64,000 nucleotides of DNA, from positions 21,837,237 to 21,901,236 of the forward strand of contig NC_092672.1 of the NCBI RefSeq assembly GCF_964355755.1. The letters run 5' to 3'. Below the pieces are notes generated by a model. The model did no database searches. It was given only the letters and a program-made list of their open reading frames with translations, and was not told the origin of the DNA. Position 1 is the first letter of the stretch. Each line of letters opens with the position of its first letter. The position numbers and the translations under genes were made by a program. Of the stretch, positions 25,251-37,589 are shown piece after piece. The DNA comes from Antedon mediterranea (Eukaryota > Animalia > Echinodermata).

Positions 25251-26603
25251 ATATTGTTGGTGTTCCACTTTAGTGCTTTTTGACAATTAGGCTTAAATAT
25301 AGTTGTTACTGTGTGCAAAACAATATCAGTTTTTTGTGGCAACAGTGTACAGTTATATGCTCTAATTTAAAATATAATCTTTAATGTGTATTATTATTAT
25401 CAATACATAATGCTATACATTATGTTTTTTCACGCTATGGTCATAAATTTCCATTTGAAACACTTTATAAAACATTGAAAACAATAGTGCCTTCACCATT
25501 TTATTAAATTAATATTTTTTTAAACAGTATTTAATCAATAGTATGTTATTTTGTAGGGTTTTAATAAAGTTACTGTAATTACTTCCGTAGAAAAAAAATG
25601 GTGTTTTCACTTATAAAATGACAAATAAATGGTTAAATTCAACAAAAACCCATTGGCTGGCAGACAATTTGAACATTTTTTTCTTTAAATTATTTATTTA
25701 GAATTTTTTTTTTTCAGGGGCCATTGCATTTTTAACAAAAAAACTTCAAAAACAAAAAAAATTTCACAAAGCTTCAATTGTTCTTACATGATTTTGTATT
25801 TTAAAAGCGCAATTTTATAAACAAGTCACTTAAATGCCCTATGATCCCTGTGTATTATAATGATCAAAGATGCTAGTTGTACTGAATATTTTAGTATGAT
25901 TTATTCATCATTTTTAGTAATGCATTTTGCCATACTCTCTTTTATTGTGAACACACTACCAACTCCGTCCACCACCTCCTCATCATTAAATAATGAAGAG
26001 CAATGATATTAAAGGATGTAATATAAACCCATATTAGACCCATTTTTAGTTTGTAATTATTTTTTCCATAATACATTACAACGGCCTATACATTTTATAT
26101 TACACAGTGCCCTCACTCATCATTTATTTTACTTAAATTCTGTTTATATTGTTAGCACTTTCAGTACCAGTGTACTGTTCAATAAAAACCCAAAAATCTG
26201 TACAAAATTTTATTTAATTTAATTTTTTTAGACCTTTTTTACAAAACAACTTTATTGAAATAGCATTTAAATAAAAAAAAACTATTACCAGCATTAAACT
26301 AGATGATGATTTCATTTCATTATTCGGTCTATTTCAGTACATCCAAAAAAATGAAATTGGGGAGACCAGGGTCAACCTAAGTGAACTTAATCACTGAGAC
26401 TCTAAGCTCACTATGTCGGTCGGTAGGTCGGTCGGTAAACACTAACTCAAATTTGCACATGTGACTAAAGCCATGTATACGGCCTTGTTAATCATCTATT
26501 TAAATAATAATAAATACAACATAGTATAAAACTGACTCCAAATAACAATGATTCAACGTGTCAAACTTTATTTGATCATCATCAGGAATGATGATAAAAT
26601 GTA

Positions 26604-27042
26604 TTATTACTGGTCCTCAAGTTTAACTGGAAACTGAGGAAATTCGGATTAGGACCTCCACGGACCCACGACAGCCAGCAGTGCAGCGCCTACCAGATCA
26701 GCACACCGGGAGACGATCCCCTACTCTTTTCGAATAGTGTACCAAGTTCTTTAGCGTGCACTGTTAAGTACACGGGACCAACGGCTTTACGTCCCATCCG
26801 AAGGACGAGGCAATGAGAGTAAAGCATCTTGCCTAAGGATGCAATTAGTATGGTACAGATAACCTCGAACCCATGCCTATCACATGCTAGTTCGATATTA
26901 CCTTTCCACCATCACTCTCTGGTGTATATACAGCACCCGCCGCTATTTCTAGACGGTCTCCCATCCAGAACGCAACCGGGCCCAACGTTACTTAACTTCG
27001 GTGATCTGACGAGAACCGGTGTTTCAACGCAGTATGGCCGTA
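26604..27042 (-). mobile_element. Composite SINE: 5S-rRNA head + tRNA-like segment + Deu/Nin-type central domain + 3' tail
   Basis: Minus strand: 5S-like head, then a B-box-like GGTTCGAG and TCCTTAGGCAAG, then GTCCTTCGGATGGGACGTAAAGCCG..GTGCACGCTAAAGAAC..CTATTCGAAAAGAGTAGGGG..CTCCCGGTGTG (recalled Deu/Nin consensus), then a hairpin tail ending TAATAA. Confidence 0.75.
26929..27042 (-). pseudogene. 5S rRNA-derived sequence (SINE head, not a functional rRNA gene)
   Basis: TACGGCCATACTGCGTTGAAACACCGGTTCTCGTCAGATCACCGAAGTTAAG..TGGATGGGAGACCG..GGGTGCTGTA is collinear with animal 5S rRNA, but diverged and lacking an oligo-T terminator. Confidence 0.85.
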
Positions 27043-28485
27043 TAATTTGCACACCTGACTAAAGTCATGTATACGGCCTTGTTAATCATCTATTTAAATA
27101 ATATTTACAACATAGTATAAAACTGACTCCAAATAACAATGATTCAACGTTTCAAACTTTATTTGATCATCATCAGGAATGATGATAAAATGTAAGCATT
27201 ATTGTTATTATTATGGAATGCTTTATTAAATAGGTAACAGCAGTGAGCACCAGTGCTTTGCACAGTCTGTAGTATAATTAAAATGATTCCATCTTCTATC
27301 ATTGTTATATTTATTCATCTTCTTCATCATTATAAGACAATAACAAACAAACTCGTTTAAATATAAATCTACCCACTGTAATGTTGGTGTTGCTACAGTT
27401 GTTCATACTTTAGAACAATGACAGATTATCAATGCTTACTTTATAGCATTCATTCAAGTATAAGCAATAATGTCAACAGTATACTATTTGAAAATCACAA
27501 GACAAAAAGATCAACTTTATTATTATGATTTTGCAAAGCTTAATATTTGTTAACATACTGTTCATTCTTTTAAATTCAAACTTTATTTATCCACAAAATA
27601 TCAAAGATTAAAAATAAACTTGTTTCAAAAATGAAAAAAATTTAAAACAGTGATCGTGCCTTTAGTTGCATGGTCATTGACACTATTTTAACTAAAATAA
27701 CTAACTAAAATTTAAAGTTTAGTTAGCAAAGTTCAAAAGGATGAATTAAAACACCTAATAAAAACCTTAAAAAGAGGCTACGAGGATGCTTGTTTTTCTT
27801 GTCTTACCATTATTGAATAAATGTTATTGAATTGAAATTAAATTGAATTGAATTAACAGCCACCACCTATTATAATATACATTAATGACAAAATATGATG
27901 TTTTAATTAAGTTTAACTAAAAATGAAAAACTACAATGTGTATTCCCTTTGCGTACTGATCAGCCATTTGTTATTGTTGCAAGGTTTCAAAATGATGCAA
28001 TGAACTTTACTCCGTCCATTGGATTGAATGTTAAATTGACCAAATATAAGTCCTGATAATTAACAGAACAGAGTATGCTCAGTATACTGTGCATAAGCAT
28101 GCGCAGATTAATATTTTGTGTAGATTACCATATCCTTCATCTACCGTCGCCTTCGTCTACCATACTGTCATAAAGTCGCTAGTCGGTTTTATTGTAAATT
28201 CACTGATTTCAAATGTTAACAGCACACTACGTGCAACAGCTAATACAGTAGTACTAATCATTGTCAGTATTTTCATTTCTATTGTAAAGAATTGTCAGAA
28301 TGAAGAAGTAATAATGAGAAATTAAATAAATTAAATTTCATATACATTTTAGTTTAAAAAATTCATGCAAATTCTGTTTTTCAGCAGCTTAGGGAAGCTC
28401 ATTAATATTCATGAGATATTCACAAAATCACGTCATCAGTGGATTCCAAACTCGCGACGTCATGTACGTTGTGTTTGTTCACTAA

Positions 28486-30629
28486 AGGCTGGTTTCCTGT
28501 CGACGTAAGAAGTCAAATTTTGCAACGATTCTTGCGTTTCATACGTTTCTTACGTCTCTTACGAAAGTTGAGAAAAACTTGACGTCGTTGACCTTAGTCA
28601 AGATCGTGTCGGGCCGCATAGAAACATCTGTAGTTATGCTGCTCCCGAAAGTTGAAATTTTGGCTGTGAAACACACGTCGTATGCTTACGTCGATTTTAG
28701 TGTTGTTACGAAAGTTAAAATTTTTTTCTTACGTCGGTCGGATTTATGACGTATTTGAAACAACATCTCTGATTGGTGTTTCTTTTTAGAGCGGGTTTTA
28801 TCATTATTCGCGCGAAATGTTGAATGTTATTGTACCTGTAGCTACTCAGCAGCAGTGTCAGTGCAGCACACCAACATATTATTTTCAGTAGGCTAGGCCC
28901 TAGTATTAGTAAAATACTTAATTAATACTGTACTAATAGGAATTGGATTTGACCAAATAATCAAACTAGCCTAGGCCCCTAGCCTATTATTATTAGACCT
29001 ACCTAGGCCCTAGGCTAAGCATTGGCCTATGGGCCTATAAGCATATCTAATCGAGCATGATATACTGTAGTACTAACCGCAGTAAGATACCCATTATTTA
29101 CAGGCCTATAATAAGAATAAATTTAACAAAACAATATAAATTATACAAAATCAAGCAAACAATTTTTTTTTAAAGTTACATAATAATATTATATTGCTTA
29201 CAAAGGGGCTTTCTATATCTTATCTTGTTGCAAATGTTCATTTTCGCGACGTTTCTACCGATGCTGATTGTTTATTGCACGTCCATAAATAAGAGTATTA
29301 GATTTTGATATGAGTTGTAAACCAATTCAATTCAATTCATCGACATTTTTATTCCATAATCAATATAAAAACATATACAAATACAATACAAATAATAAGA
29401 TAATGGAATGGGATACAAAATAAGCACAAGTGCTTTAAGCATGTAACCCTAACAAAAAGATCAAACAATTAGTACAAACAAAAAGAACAAACCAAAATAA
29501 CATAATGTGATTTACTTAACTTAAATATTTCTATTGTTATAATATTGCTTTAATCTCTGTTTAAACAAACTTAAAGTGGGGGATTGTTTTATATAGTCTG
29601 TTAAATTGTTTTATATAGTCTGTTAAATTGTTCCAAATATGTGTTCCTTGGTAGGAAATACATTGCTGTCCGACTTTGGTGCGTTTTAGTTGTGGACAGT
29701 AGTTTGACCTGTTTCTAGTTGAGCAATTATGGAATGAGGCAGATGTACTAAATAAGTTATTAAATGATTCAGGTAATAGATTATGTTTATATTGATACAT
29801 AAATATAGCAGTGTGTTTCGTATAAAGGTCAAAAATATTTAATGTTTGGGTCGAAATAAAAAGTGGATGAGAAGGATGCATAAAATGAACATGACAAATA
29901 TTTCTAAGTGCTTTTTTCTGGAGAATATGTATACGGTTTAAATTTGTAGCAGAAGTAGCACCCCATACTGTGATAGCATACGTTATTCTAGGTAATATAA
30001 GTGCATTGTATACCGTTAACAAGATGTTACTTGATAACATAGACTTCACTTTGTTTAAGACACCAATTATTCTAGAAATACTGTTTGCTACCTCATTTAC
30101 ATGAAAATTAAACGATAAACTCCCTGATTAGAACATTATTATGCCTATATTGAAACTACTGTGCATTTGTAAAGTATGTAGGCCTACAACATCGTAAAGT
30201 GGGCTAAAATTATAGTAGTAAATACATACAAATGTTATTGTCCGGCTTTATTTCACTATAAGGACATACACATTACGTCAACTCTTGTCGCTCATTGGTT
30301 GCTTGTTACGATTGCGCTTACGTCTCTTGCGAAAGTTGACTTCAAGTCAACTTTCGTAAGAGACGTAAGAAACGTGACACAAGGGCGTTCATTCAAGCGT
30401 AAGATCAAAAATCCCGGTTTCCTGTAAAATCGGAAGAAAACGTCGTAACGCAACAATTGTTAGGTCATCGGTTTCCTGTAAAATCGTTTGTCGTTACCAT
30501 TTTTCTTACGTTGCGTCGATTTTGTAAATTTTCGATCGTAATCGGTTTCCTGTAAAATCCGCATTTCTTACGACAAATCGACGTAGTCGCAACAAAAGTG
30601 ATGTTCTTACGTCGACAGGAAACCAGCCT
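28486..30629. mobile_element. PIF/Harbinger non-autonomous element (TAA TSD)
   Basis: TAA|AGGCTGGTTTCCTGTCGACGTAAGAA...TTCTTACGTCGACAGGAAACCAGCCT|TAA; perfect 26-bp TIRs; subterminal CGTAAGA and GGTTTCCTGT repeats. Confidence 0.88.
29325..30125 (-). mobile_element. 3' fragment of an L2/Crack/Daphne-like LINE nested in the Harbinger element
   Basis: ORF 29561-30049 (YNALILPRITYAITVWG..LQKKALRNI..ISYQGTHIWNNL); 3' UTR ends in (ATTGA)n. A short tandem duplication near 29585-29630 scrambles the C-terminus. Confidence 0.85.
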
Positions 30630-32296
30630 TAATTTACATCTCTCTTCCTTGTCAAACGACGACCACCCGATCATTGTGAAATACATTTTTTGTAGATTTT
30701 CTAAGCTAGGCCTAAGTGTAATAACAGTAGCATATATTTATTTGACATTTAATGAAATACAAAATTTAGTACAGATCATGGAGTCATAAATTATACTATT
30801 TTATACCTTTATAGTACAGATCGTATTCGGCTTCACGTAGGCCTACTAGTCTAAATCATTTTTTTTTATGGGTGAGAGCCATTCTGACTAGGGATTCCAT
30901 GCCACAATGGATGGCTACATTAAAACATGGGGCCCATGGGCCTAGCTAGCCTACTAAACGATTGGCCCATAAATAACAAAACTCAGTGGATTCTAAACCC
31001 ATCCTATCAACCAAACTCAATAATAAACAATATAACCTAAAACGTTCTACAAAATCGGCTGTAAATATTGAGGCAAAACAAGGTCCGATTGCCGTCCGCA
31101 CGTATGGTGTCCTGATCGTCTAGTAGGCCTAAAATAGTTTACTCTCCTAAAAAGCGGATACTGCATCAAGCAAGTAGACCTAGTAGGAAGGAGACCTAGC
31201 CGATCCGGCCCAGTTAAAAATTGAGCTAGCTAGTGTAGTAGACCCTATGCGAATTGATACTACCAGTCCTTTTACTAGGCTACACTTGTTAAAATTAGCA
31301 ATACTTATGTTTACAAATATTCCAACTCTCTCATTCGAGCTATATTATCTATACCATTCCGGTAGGTCGAATCGACCTTCAATCAAATACTGTACATCGT
31401 TCATGTTGTGATTATAGACGGGGTATACTCGACCCGACCAGTTTGGTATTGTATACTGTATCTGCTTATCACATGACGATGCCAGGAATGGGCAGAGAGC
31501 ACGTTTATCGTCTCGCTCAGAAGGAATGTACAGACGTTACGCTTCATTGATTTTTAAGGGTTTTTTCCTATTGTCAGTGCGAAAATCGGCAAACGTAAAC
31601 TGAATCTCCAAATGATTTTACACAATTGTGATGAATTTTCATAGAAAATTGACATTATAAATAAATGGGAAGATCGACTAAAATTACATCAGATAAGCAT
31701 AACTTTACAAAAGTAATTGATATGGTTAATGATAACGAGTCGTCGGAAGATCGACCATTTCACAAATTTTCCTATTCTGTAACACAGTGTCATATCGCCG
31801 TAGCTTCACTTCACAGCCTTCATTCTGCTTCACCGCTCACTTTATAATAAGTGAAACTTTTACCGTTCAAGAGACAAACAATTATATTTTATTTTTTACT
31901 ATTCATTTTAAACCCGGAACCCTGCTTTAAAAGTAAATAATACCCCTTTCACACCAAAAGCAAAACTCCGGAGACACTCCGGAGACACCCCGGAGTTGAC
32001 GTCCCGCTGTTTGGTGTGAAAGGTAAAATCAAGCAACTCCGGAGTTTAAAACTGCGGGGTTGAACAGCTGAACATTCTCCGGAGAGCGAATTTGGTGTGA
32101 AAGGTACCAACATCAAATCTTAAGTGTAGTCGTCGTTAAGAGCAGACGTGTCCTAAATCGCTCTCTCTAGCCTCACTACATTCAGCCTCACTACGCGGTG
32201 ACAGTTCAAATTTCCCGCAGGACAGTTGTTGTGTTGTAGCCTAGCATTTACTTGTCGGTTTTTGTCTGCTGTACATGTACGTATTAATACACCATC

Positions 32297-33082
32297 ATGG
32301 CCGGAAGGAATACAAGGAAAGGTGGTAAAAAGGACAGCGGTAAGGAGTGTTGCGAACTGAACACTGATACAGCACCTGTCATTGATGTGGAACCGCTTAC
32401 TATTACTGTACAAAATGAAATTTCCAATATAATTAAAGGAAATACAAGTATTTTCAATGACCTAGCCGAGAAAATTGCGAGCATTGTTAAACACCAGCTG
32501 ATTGAAAGCATTACACACATTGTAACGGATGCAGCAATTGAAGCAATACGTTTCGAACTTGACGATACTAAAGATCGTCTCAGCAAAGTAGAACAACAGG
32601 TAGAGAACTTACAATATGAGCTAGATGAAGCAGAACAATATTCAAGAAGGAACTGTTTGATTATTCAAGGAATAGAAGAGAAACAAGGTGAGATAACAGA
32701 CAATATAGTTTTGGATTTGTTTAAGAAAAAGCTAAGCGTAGAAGTAGATAAAACATGCATAGACAGGAGTCATAGATTGGGGCCAAAAGTTAAGAAAAAC
32801 GGAAGAGCAAGAGGAATAATAGTAAAGTTTAGTTCGTATAATGTTAGAAATGAAGTATATAGAGCAAAGAAAAAATTAAAGGGGAGCCATATCTACATTC
32901 ATGAAAACCTTACGAGCAAAAGATCAAGTTTACTACGTACTGTAAAGCAAAACTATGCATCAGTGGTATCTGCAGTTTGGACACAAGATGGTCGCATACA
33001 TACCATAATCACTGGCAGTAACGAGAAAGTTGTTTTATCCAGAACTTCCGATCTTAAACAATTACCTAAATGTAAAAGGTAA
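32297..33082 (+). CDS. LINE ORF1p (coiled coil + RRM + CTD, Tnp22/L1-ORF1-like)
   Basis: LDEAEQYSRRNCLIIQGIEE, IDRSHRLG, RGIIVKF, IYIHENLT, VWTQDGRI motifs; intact 261 aa. Confidence 0.9.
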   Translation: MAGRNTRKGGKKDSGKECCELNTDTAPVIDVEPLTITVQNEISNIIKGNTSIFNDLAEKIASIVKHQLIESITHIVTDAAIEAIRFELDDTKDRLSKVEQQVENLQYELDEAEQYSRRNCLIIQGIEEKQGEITDNIVLDLFKKKLSVEVDKTCIDRSHRLGPKVKKNGRARGIIVKFSSYNVRNEVYRAKKKLKGSHIYIHENLTSKRSSLLRTVKQNYASVVSAVWTQDGRIHTIITGSNEKVVLSRTSDLKQLPKCKR

Positions 33083-33134
33083 TGTGTAAGAATTTTAAAT
33101 GTCCTAAATCTGTATTGTATTTTATGTAGATAAG

Positions 33135-36124
33135 ATGATTTTAGATTTTATTTGTAACGCATGTAATAAACCATTTAAACCAATTCAATTGTTAAACGAA
33201 CATCGTACGGGAAGCCTTTTAGACAACGACGTAGACGACGCTGAATTACGTAACGACTCTATTGTTTATCCTGCTTTTGGCATACTATGCAAATTATGCG
33301 AGATTGATTGTACAAAGGGTTTTAAAATTGGTCATTTAAATGTCAGAAGTCTCTATAATAAGGTGGACCATGTTCGGAGTTTACTTTCGGAATGCCGTTT
33401 CCATGTTTTAGGAATTAGTGAAACCTGGCTAGATCAAAATATACATAATAGTGAACTTGCAATCCCAGGATACCTATTAGTTAGAACAGACAGAAATAGA
33501 CACGGAGGTGGGGTGGCTATCTATGTAAACGAAAATGTTGATTTTGATGTCATTGACTTTGGTGAAAATACAATTGAATCGGTATGGATAAAAATTAAGC
33601 CGGTTAACACTAAACCGTTCGTTATAGGTAATGTTTATAGACCACTGGATTTGTTGATATAATGCATGATCAAATATCTTTTATACTAGATAGTATAAGA
33701 GAGATTATTGTTGTTGGTGACTTAAATTGGAATATATTTGATAAACAGCATTCTCGGAACATTAAAACCCTCCACCAAATTTTCCAATTAAACCAGTATA
33801 TTAAAACTCCAACGCGCGTAACGGAAAACAGTAGTAGTTGTATTGATTTAATTTTTTCAAATAGGGATGACTTTATAAGCAAAACTGGAGTTGTACCAAT
33901 TGGAATTAGCGATCACTCATTGATATATGCAATACGTAAAAAAATTAAAATAAAATTGCCCCCGCGTATTTTACATACGAGAACCTTCCGGAAATTTAAC
34001 GAAGATTTGTTTATTTCTGATCTTGCATCTGCTCCGTGGAGTATTTGTGAGGCGTCCGAGGATGCTGACGAGGCTTGGGACATTTGGAAACACATTTTTA
34101 CTGATATTTGTGATATTCATGCTCCTATGGTGACGGTCAGGAGGAAGGGAACTGATATTCCATGGCTTACAGACGAATTTGTTTCCCTTTCTCGTGACCG
34201 TGATTATTTAAAACAAAAAGCCGAAAAAACTAAGAACATAGATGATTGGAATTCTTACAAAAAGGCAAGAAATAAATTAAATAATTTGTCTAAATCACTA
34301 AAACGCGACTATATAAATAATAAATTAAAGGATAATGTTAATGACACTAAAACATTATGGAAAACCATGAAAGACTTTTTACCCAATAAAAAGAAACAAA
34401 CTAAAACAACTCTCAATGTAAACGGTAATGAAATAAACAATCCAACTGATATTGCTAATCATTTTAATAAATATTTTTGTTCAATTTCTAATGAACTTGC
34501 ATCCCATTTTAATGACAACCAAAACGATATTACCGTTGAATCGTTATCACAATTTCAACAACGTTTCAACTTTAAAGATATTAATGGAAATGAAATTGAA
34601 GCTTTGTTGGAAAAGTTAGAAATTGGAAAAGCTACTGGAATTGATGGGATCTCCGCTAGGTTACTTAAAATTGCATCTTCACAAATTTCTCAAAGTCTTG
34701 CCTTTTTGTTTAACTGGTCATTAAGATCTGGTGTTATTCCAAGTGAATGGAAATGTGCTAAGGTTACTCCGCTTTATAAAGGAGGATGTAAACATGAACT
34801 TAACAACTACCGTCCAATATCTGTTATACCTATTGTTATGAAAGTTTTTGAAAGATGCATCCATAATCAAGTTATGAATCATATAAATGAGTTTAATTTA
34901 TTATGTAAAAATCAATCTGGTTTTAGGTCGTTACATTCAACTTCTACTACACTGATAGATGTATGCAATTATATATATAAAAATATTGATAATGGCTTGG
35001 TAACTGGAGCAATTTTTCTTGACCTAAAAAAGGCGTTTGATACGGTAGACCACGATATTTTATTACGTAAATTATGCACCTTTGGAATGATAAACACTGA
35101 GCTTGCATGGTTCAGTAATTATTTAAAAAATCGCAAACAATTTGTTAATTTTAATGGAAAAAAATCTGAAATTTTAAATGTCAACTATGGGGTACCACAA
35201 GGCTCAATTCTTGGCCCTTTGTTGTTTATTTTATACATAAATGACTTACATGATAGTGTTGATGGGATTTGTAAAACAGTCTTCTATGCAGACGACACTG
35301 CGCTTTTTTATGCATGCAAATCAAATGAAGAGCTTACAACAGTTTTAACTGAACAGTTGGAAAATGTAAAACAATGGTTAGATAAACATAAATTAACTCT
35401 AAACATTGATAAAACCAAATACATGCTTTTTGGTACTCATGCACGTGTTAATAAAACAACAGATGAAACAGTAATTTTTGATAACATTCCGATTGAGAAA
35501 GTTGAAACGTTTAAATATTTGGGACTTACATTTGATGAACAACTCTCATGGAAAGTACATATTGATTCTATATGTGCAAAACTATCAAAAATTCTACATC
35601 TATTTTATAGATTGAAAAGTTTTACATCTCCTAAAATTATTAAAAGATTATACAATGCTCTATTTTTATCACATATTGACTATTGTTCAACAGTCTGGGG
35701 TACTGGTTCAAACGCCCATATTTTAAAATTGCAAAGGGTACAAAATAGAGCTGCACGATTAATACTAGGTGCTGATATTCGAACTCCTGTTAGACAAATG
35801 CATTATGATTTAGGTTGGCTAACAATTAAGACAAGAATTGAATATCATACAATTTGTACAATATTTAGATGTTTACAAGAATCTGTACCTTCATACGTAT
35901 GTAATATTTTGCAATATGTTAGTAGTGTACACAATATTCAAACCAGAAACTATGAAAATAATCTGTTGTATTTGCCCAGATGTAACCTCGAAATATACAA
36001 ACGTAGTTTTGTTTATTATGGAAGTTCACTCTGGAATGGCCTACCTTATGAATTAAGAAAACAAAACAATTATAACCGTTTTAAATCACTTGTTAAGATT
36101 CATTTATTGTTGCCGGTGGTCTAG
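33135..36124 (+). CDS. LINE ORF2p (APE endonuclease + reverse transcriptase), one frameshift near 33645
   Basis: HLNVRSL, ISETWL, GGGVAIY, VYRP / (shift) GFVDIMHDQ..VVGDLN, SDHSLI, NYRPISV, QSGFR, LDLKKAFDTVDH, GVPQGSILGP, FYADDT, YLGL. Confidence 0.92.
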
Positions 36125-36509
36125 GATGGTTCCAGTGAAATATATTTAAATATGGTATAAAAGTATAATAATAATGAGAACATGCATTGAAGTTTAGTTT
36201 TAGTTTAAGTTTTAGTTTAAGTTTAGTTTAAGTTGTTTTCAAATTTTGTTTAAATGTGCCGTAGGGCCCCTCGGAAGAGCAGTTTTATTTTATTACTGAG
36301 AGGGCTACCCTACTAAAAGAAAACGAAATAAATAAATAAACTCCGGAGTGTTTCGGGTCAAAAGGTCATCCTCACACGATCACTCATTGCTTTAGTTTTA
36401 TTTCAAAATACTTTAAATATTTGTAAAAAATATATAGCGGGCCTAGAAAATAATAAGTAGTATCAATAAAATATTATATTTACAATCACAAGGGTTATCC
36501 TGCAACTAA

Positions 36510-37589
36510 GGCCCTGTTCAGACCCATGGCGTTAGACCGTTTTAGCGTACGACGCTAAAAGAATGTGTGTCTGAACAGTTGGGGATTAGCGTACAACGCG
36601 TCGTACAACGGTTGTAGCGTTGTAGTGAAAAACGGTTGATAGTACCGTTTTAGCGTACGACGCTACTGTAAGTCAACGTTGTATCCAATCAGAACGTTTC
36701 CTGTTATGACGCGAAACAAGGTTTGACCTAGGCTGACATCTTGTATCGTCAATGTGTGAGATGGATTTCAATAACAAAAAGGCCAGAATAAATAAGGCCT
36801 AACTACACTACAAATACAACTGCATGTTACAAAGGCTACAAACTATTATCAACTGATTACCATTATATTTTCTAACAAATGACATAAATACATGCACCTT
36901 GTATTTAAACATAGGGACTACGATCCCATCCGATTTTAGGCCTAGCTAGGCCTAGAGCCATTCACGCATTTCCATTCAAGCTAAAAACTAGCGTGGGACA
37001 TCGAGTCACTCATTCATCCAAGGCAGACTAGACTGGACAAGTTTAATGCTGAAAACCCCCTAACTCCTAAAAAAATCAGTAAACAAACAAGGGGAGCTGT
37101 GTCCCTTTTATTAACAAGTTAAGGGATATTTTTAACCGACTGGACCAAAGAATATATATCTTTGACTGGACTGGATAGACTAATCACAATCATATTTTTT
37201 TTCATCATTACGAGGCCTGCTTTATTTTCGTAACACAAGAGCCTGGGGAGAATGTTTTTTACTACAAAATAAAAACAATAGAAACAGAAATTTGGCTTTA
37301 CTATATTTTTCTTAAATAAATGCTAAGGTATGTTTTATTTATGGAAAATTTTGTCATAATTGTAGGGCTGAGATCTAGGCCTATATACAGTGGAAATAAT
37401 GATGAAAACACGTGGGTGAGAGCACATGAATATGCAACTAGAAACAACCTGGATGACGTACTTCCGTTGTAACGATAATCGTACGCTATGGGTCTGAACA
37501 CCTCGTTTTTTTCTCTGCGGTTTGTAACGTGACCTTGATAGTAACGTTGTACGCTAAAACGGTCTAACGCCATGGGTCTGAACAGGGCC
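36510..37589. mobile_element. PIF/Harbinger MITE (TAA TSD) inserted in the loop of a HINE terminal hairpin
   Basis: TAA|GGCCCTGTTCAGACCCATGGCGTTAGACCGTTTTAGCGTAC...GTACGCTAAAACGGTCTAACGCCATGGGTCTGAACAGGGCC|TAA. Removing it restores GTTATCCTGCAACTAAGTTGCGGATAAC, as seen intact at ~47366-47393. Confidence 0.92.

Larger units (their letters stand above)
22388..26190 (+). repeat. Segmental duplication, copy 2
   Basis: Same blocks as 1978-12841. Lacks the 2239-5698 insertion and 7725-11807 (TTTA microhomology junction at 25247-25250); carries different sequence at ~23627-24852. Confidence 0.85.
26450..27194 (+). repeat. ~150-bp direct repeats flanking the SINE (26450-26603 and 27044-27194)
   Basis: AATTTGCACA..GACTAAAG..ATGATGATAAAATGTA is present twice with few differences, abutting both SINE ends. 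Confidence 0.9.
32118..36340 (+). mobile_element. Nearly intact full-length CR1/L2-group (Crack-like) LINE
   Basis: 5' UTR, ORF1, ORF2 with a single frameshift, structured 3' UTR and (TAAA)n tail. The flanks rejoin as CATCAAA|CTCCGGAG. Confidence 0.92.
31941..36370. mobile_element. Small Harbinger-like DNA element with CTCCGGAG subrepeats, split by the LINE
   Basis: CCCTTTCACACC / GGTGTGAAAGG inverted motifs and repeated CTCCGGAG at 31941-32117; CTCCGGAG resumes at 36341 right after the LINE tail. The right terminus is unclear. Confidence 0.5.

Noticed and set aside
26390-26445. (GTCG)n tract as the end of another DINE-like element
   Set aside because: Only the microsatellite is visible; no matching subTIR or 3' stem-loop found.
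26929-27042. Functional 5S rRNA gene
   Set aside because: Diverged with indels, no oligo-T terminator, fused to a SINE body.
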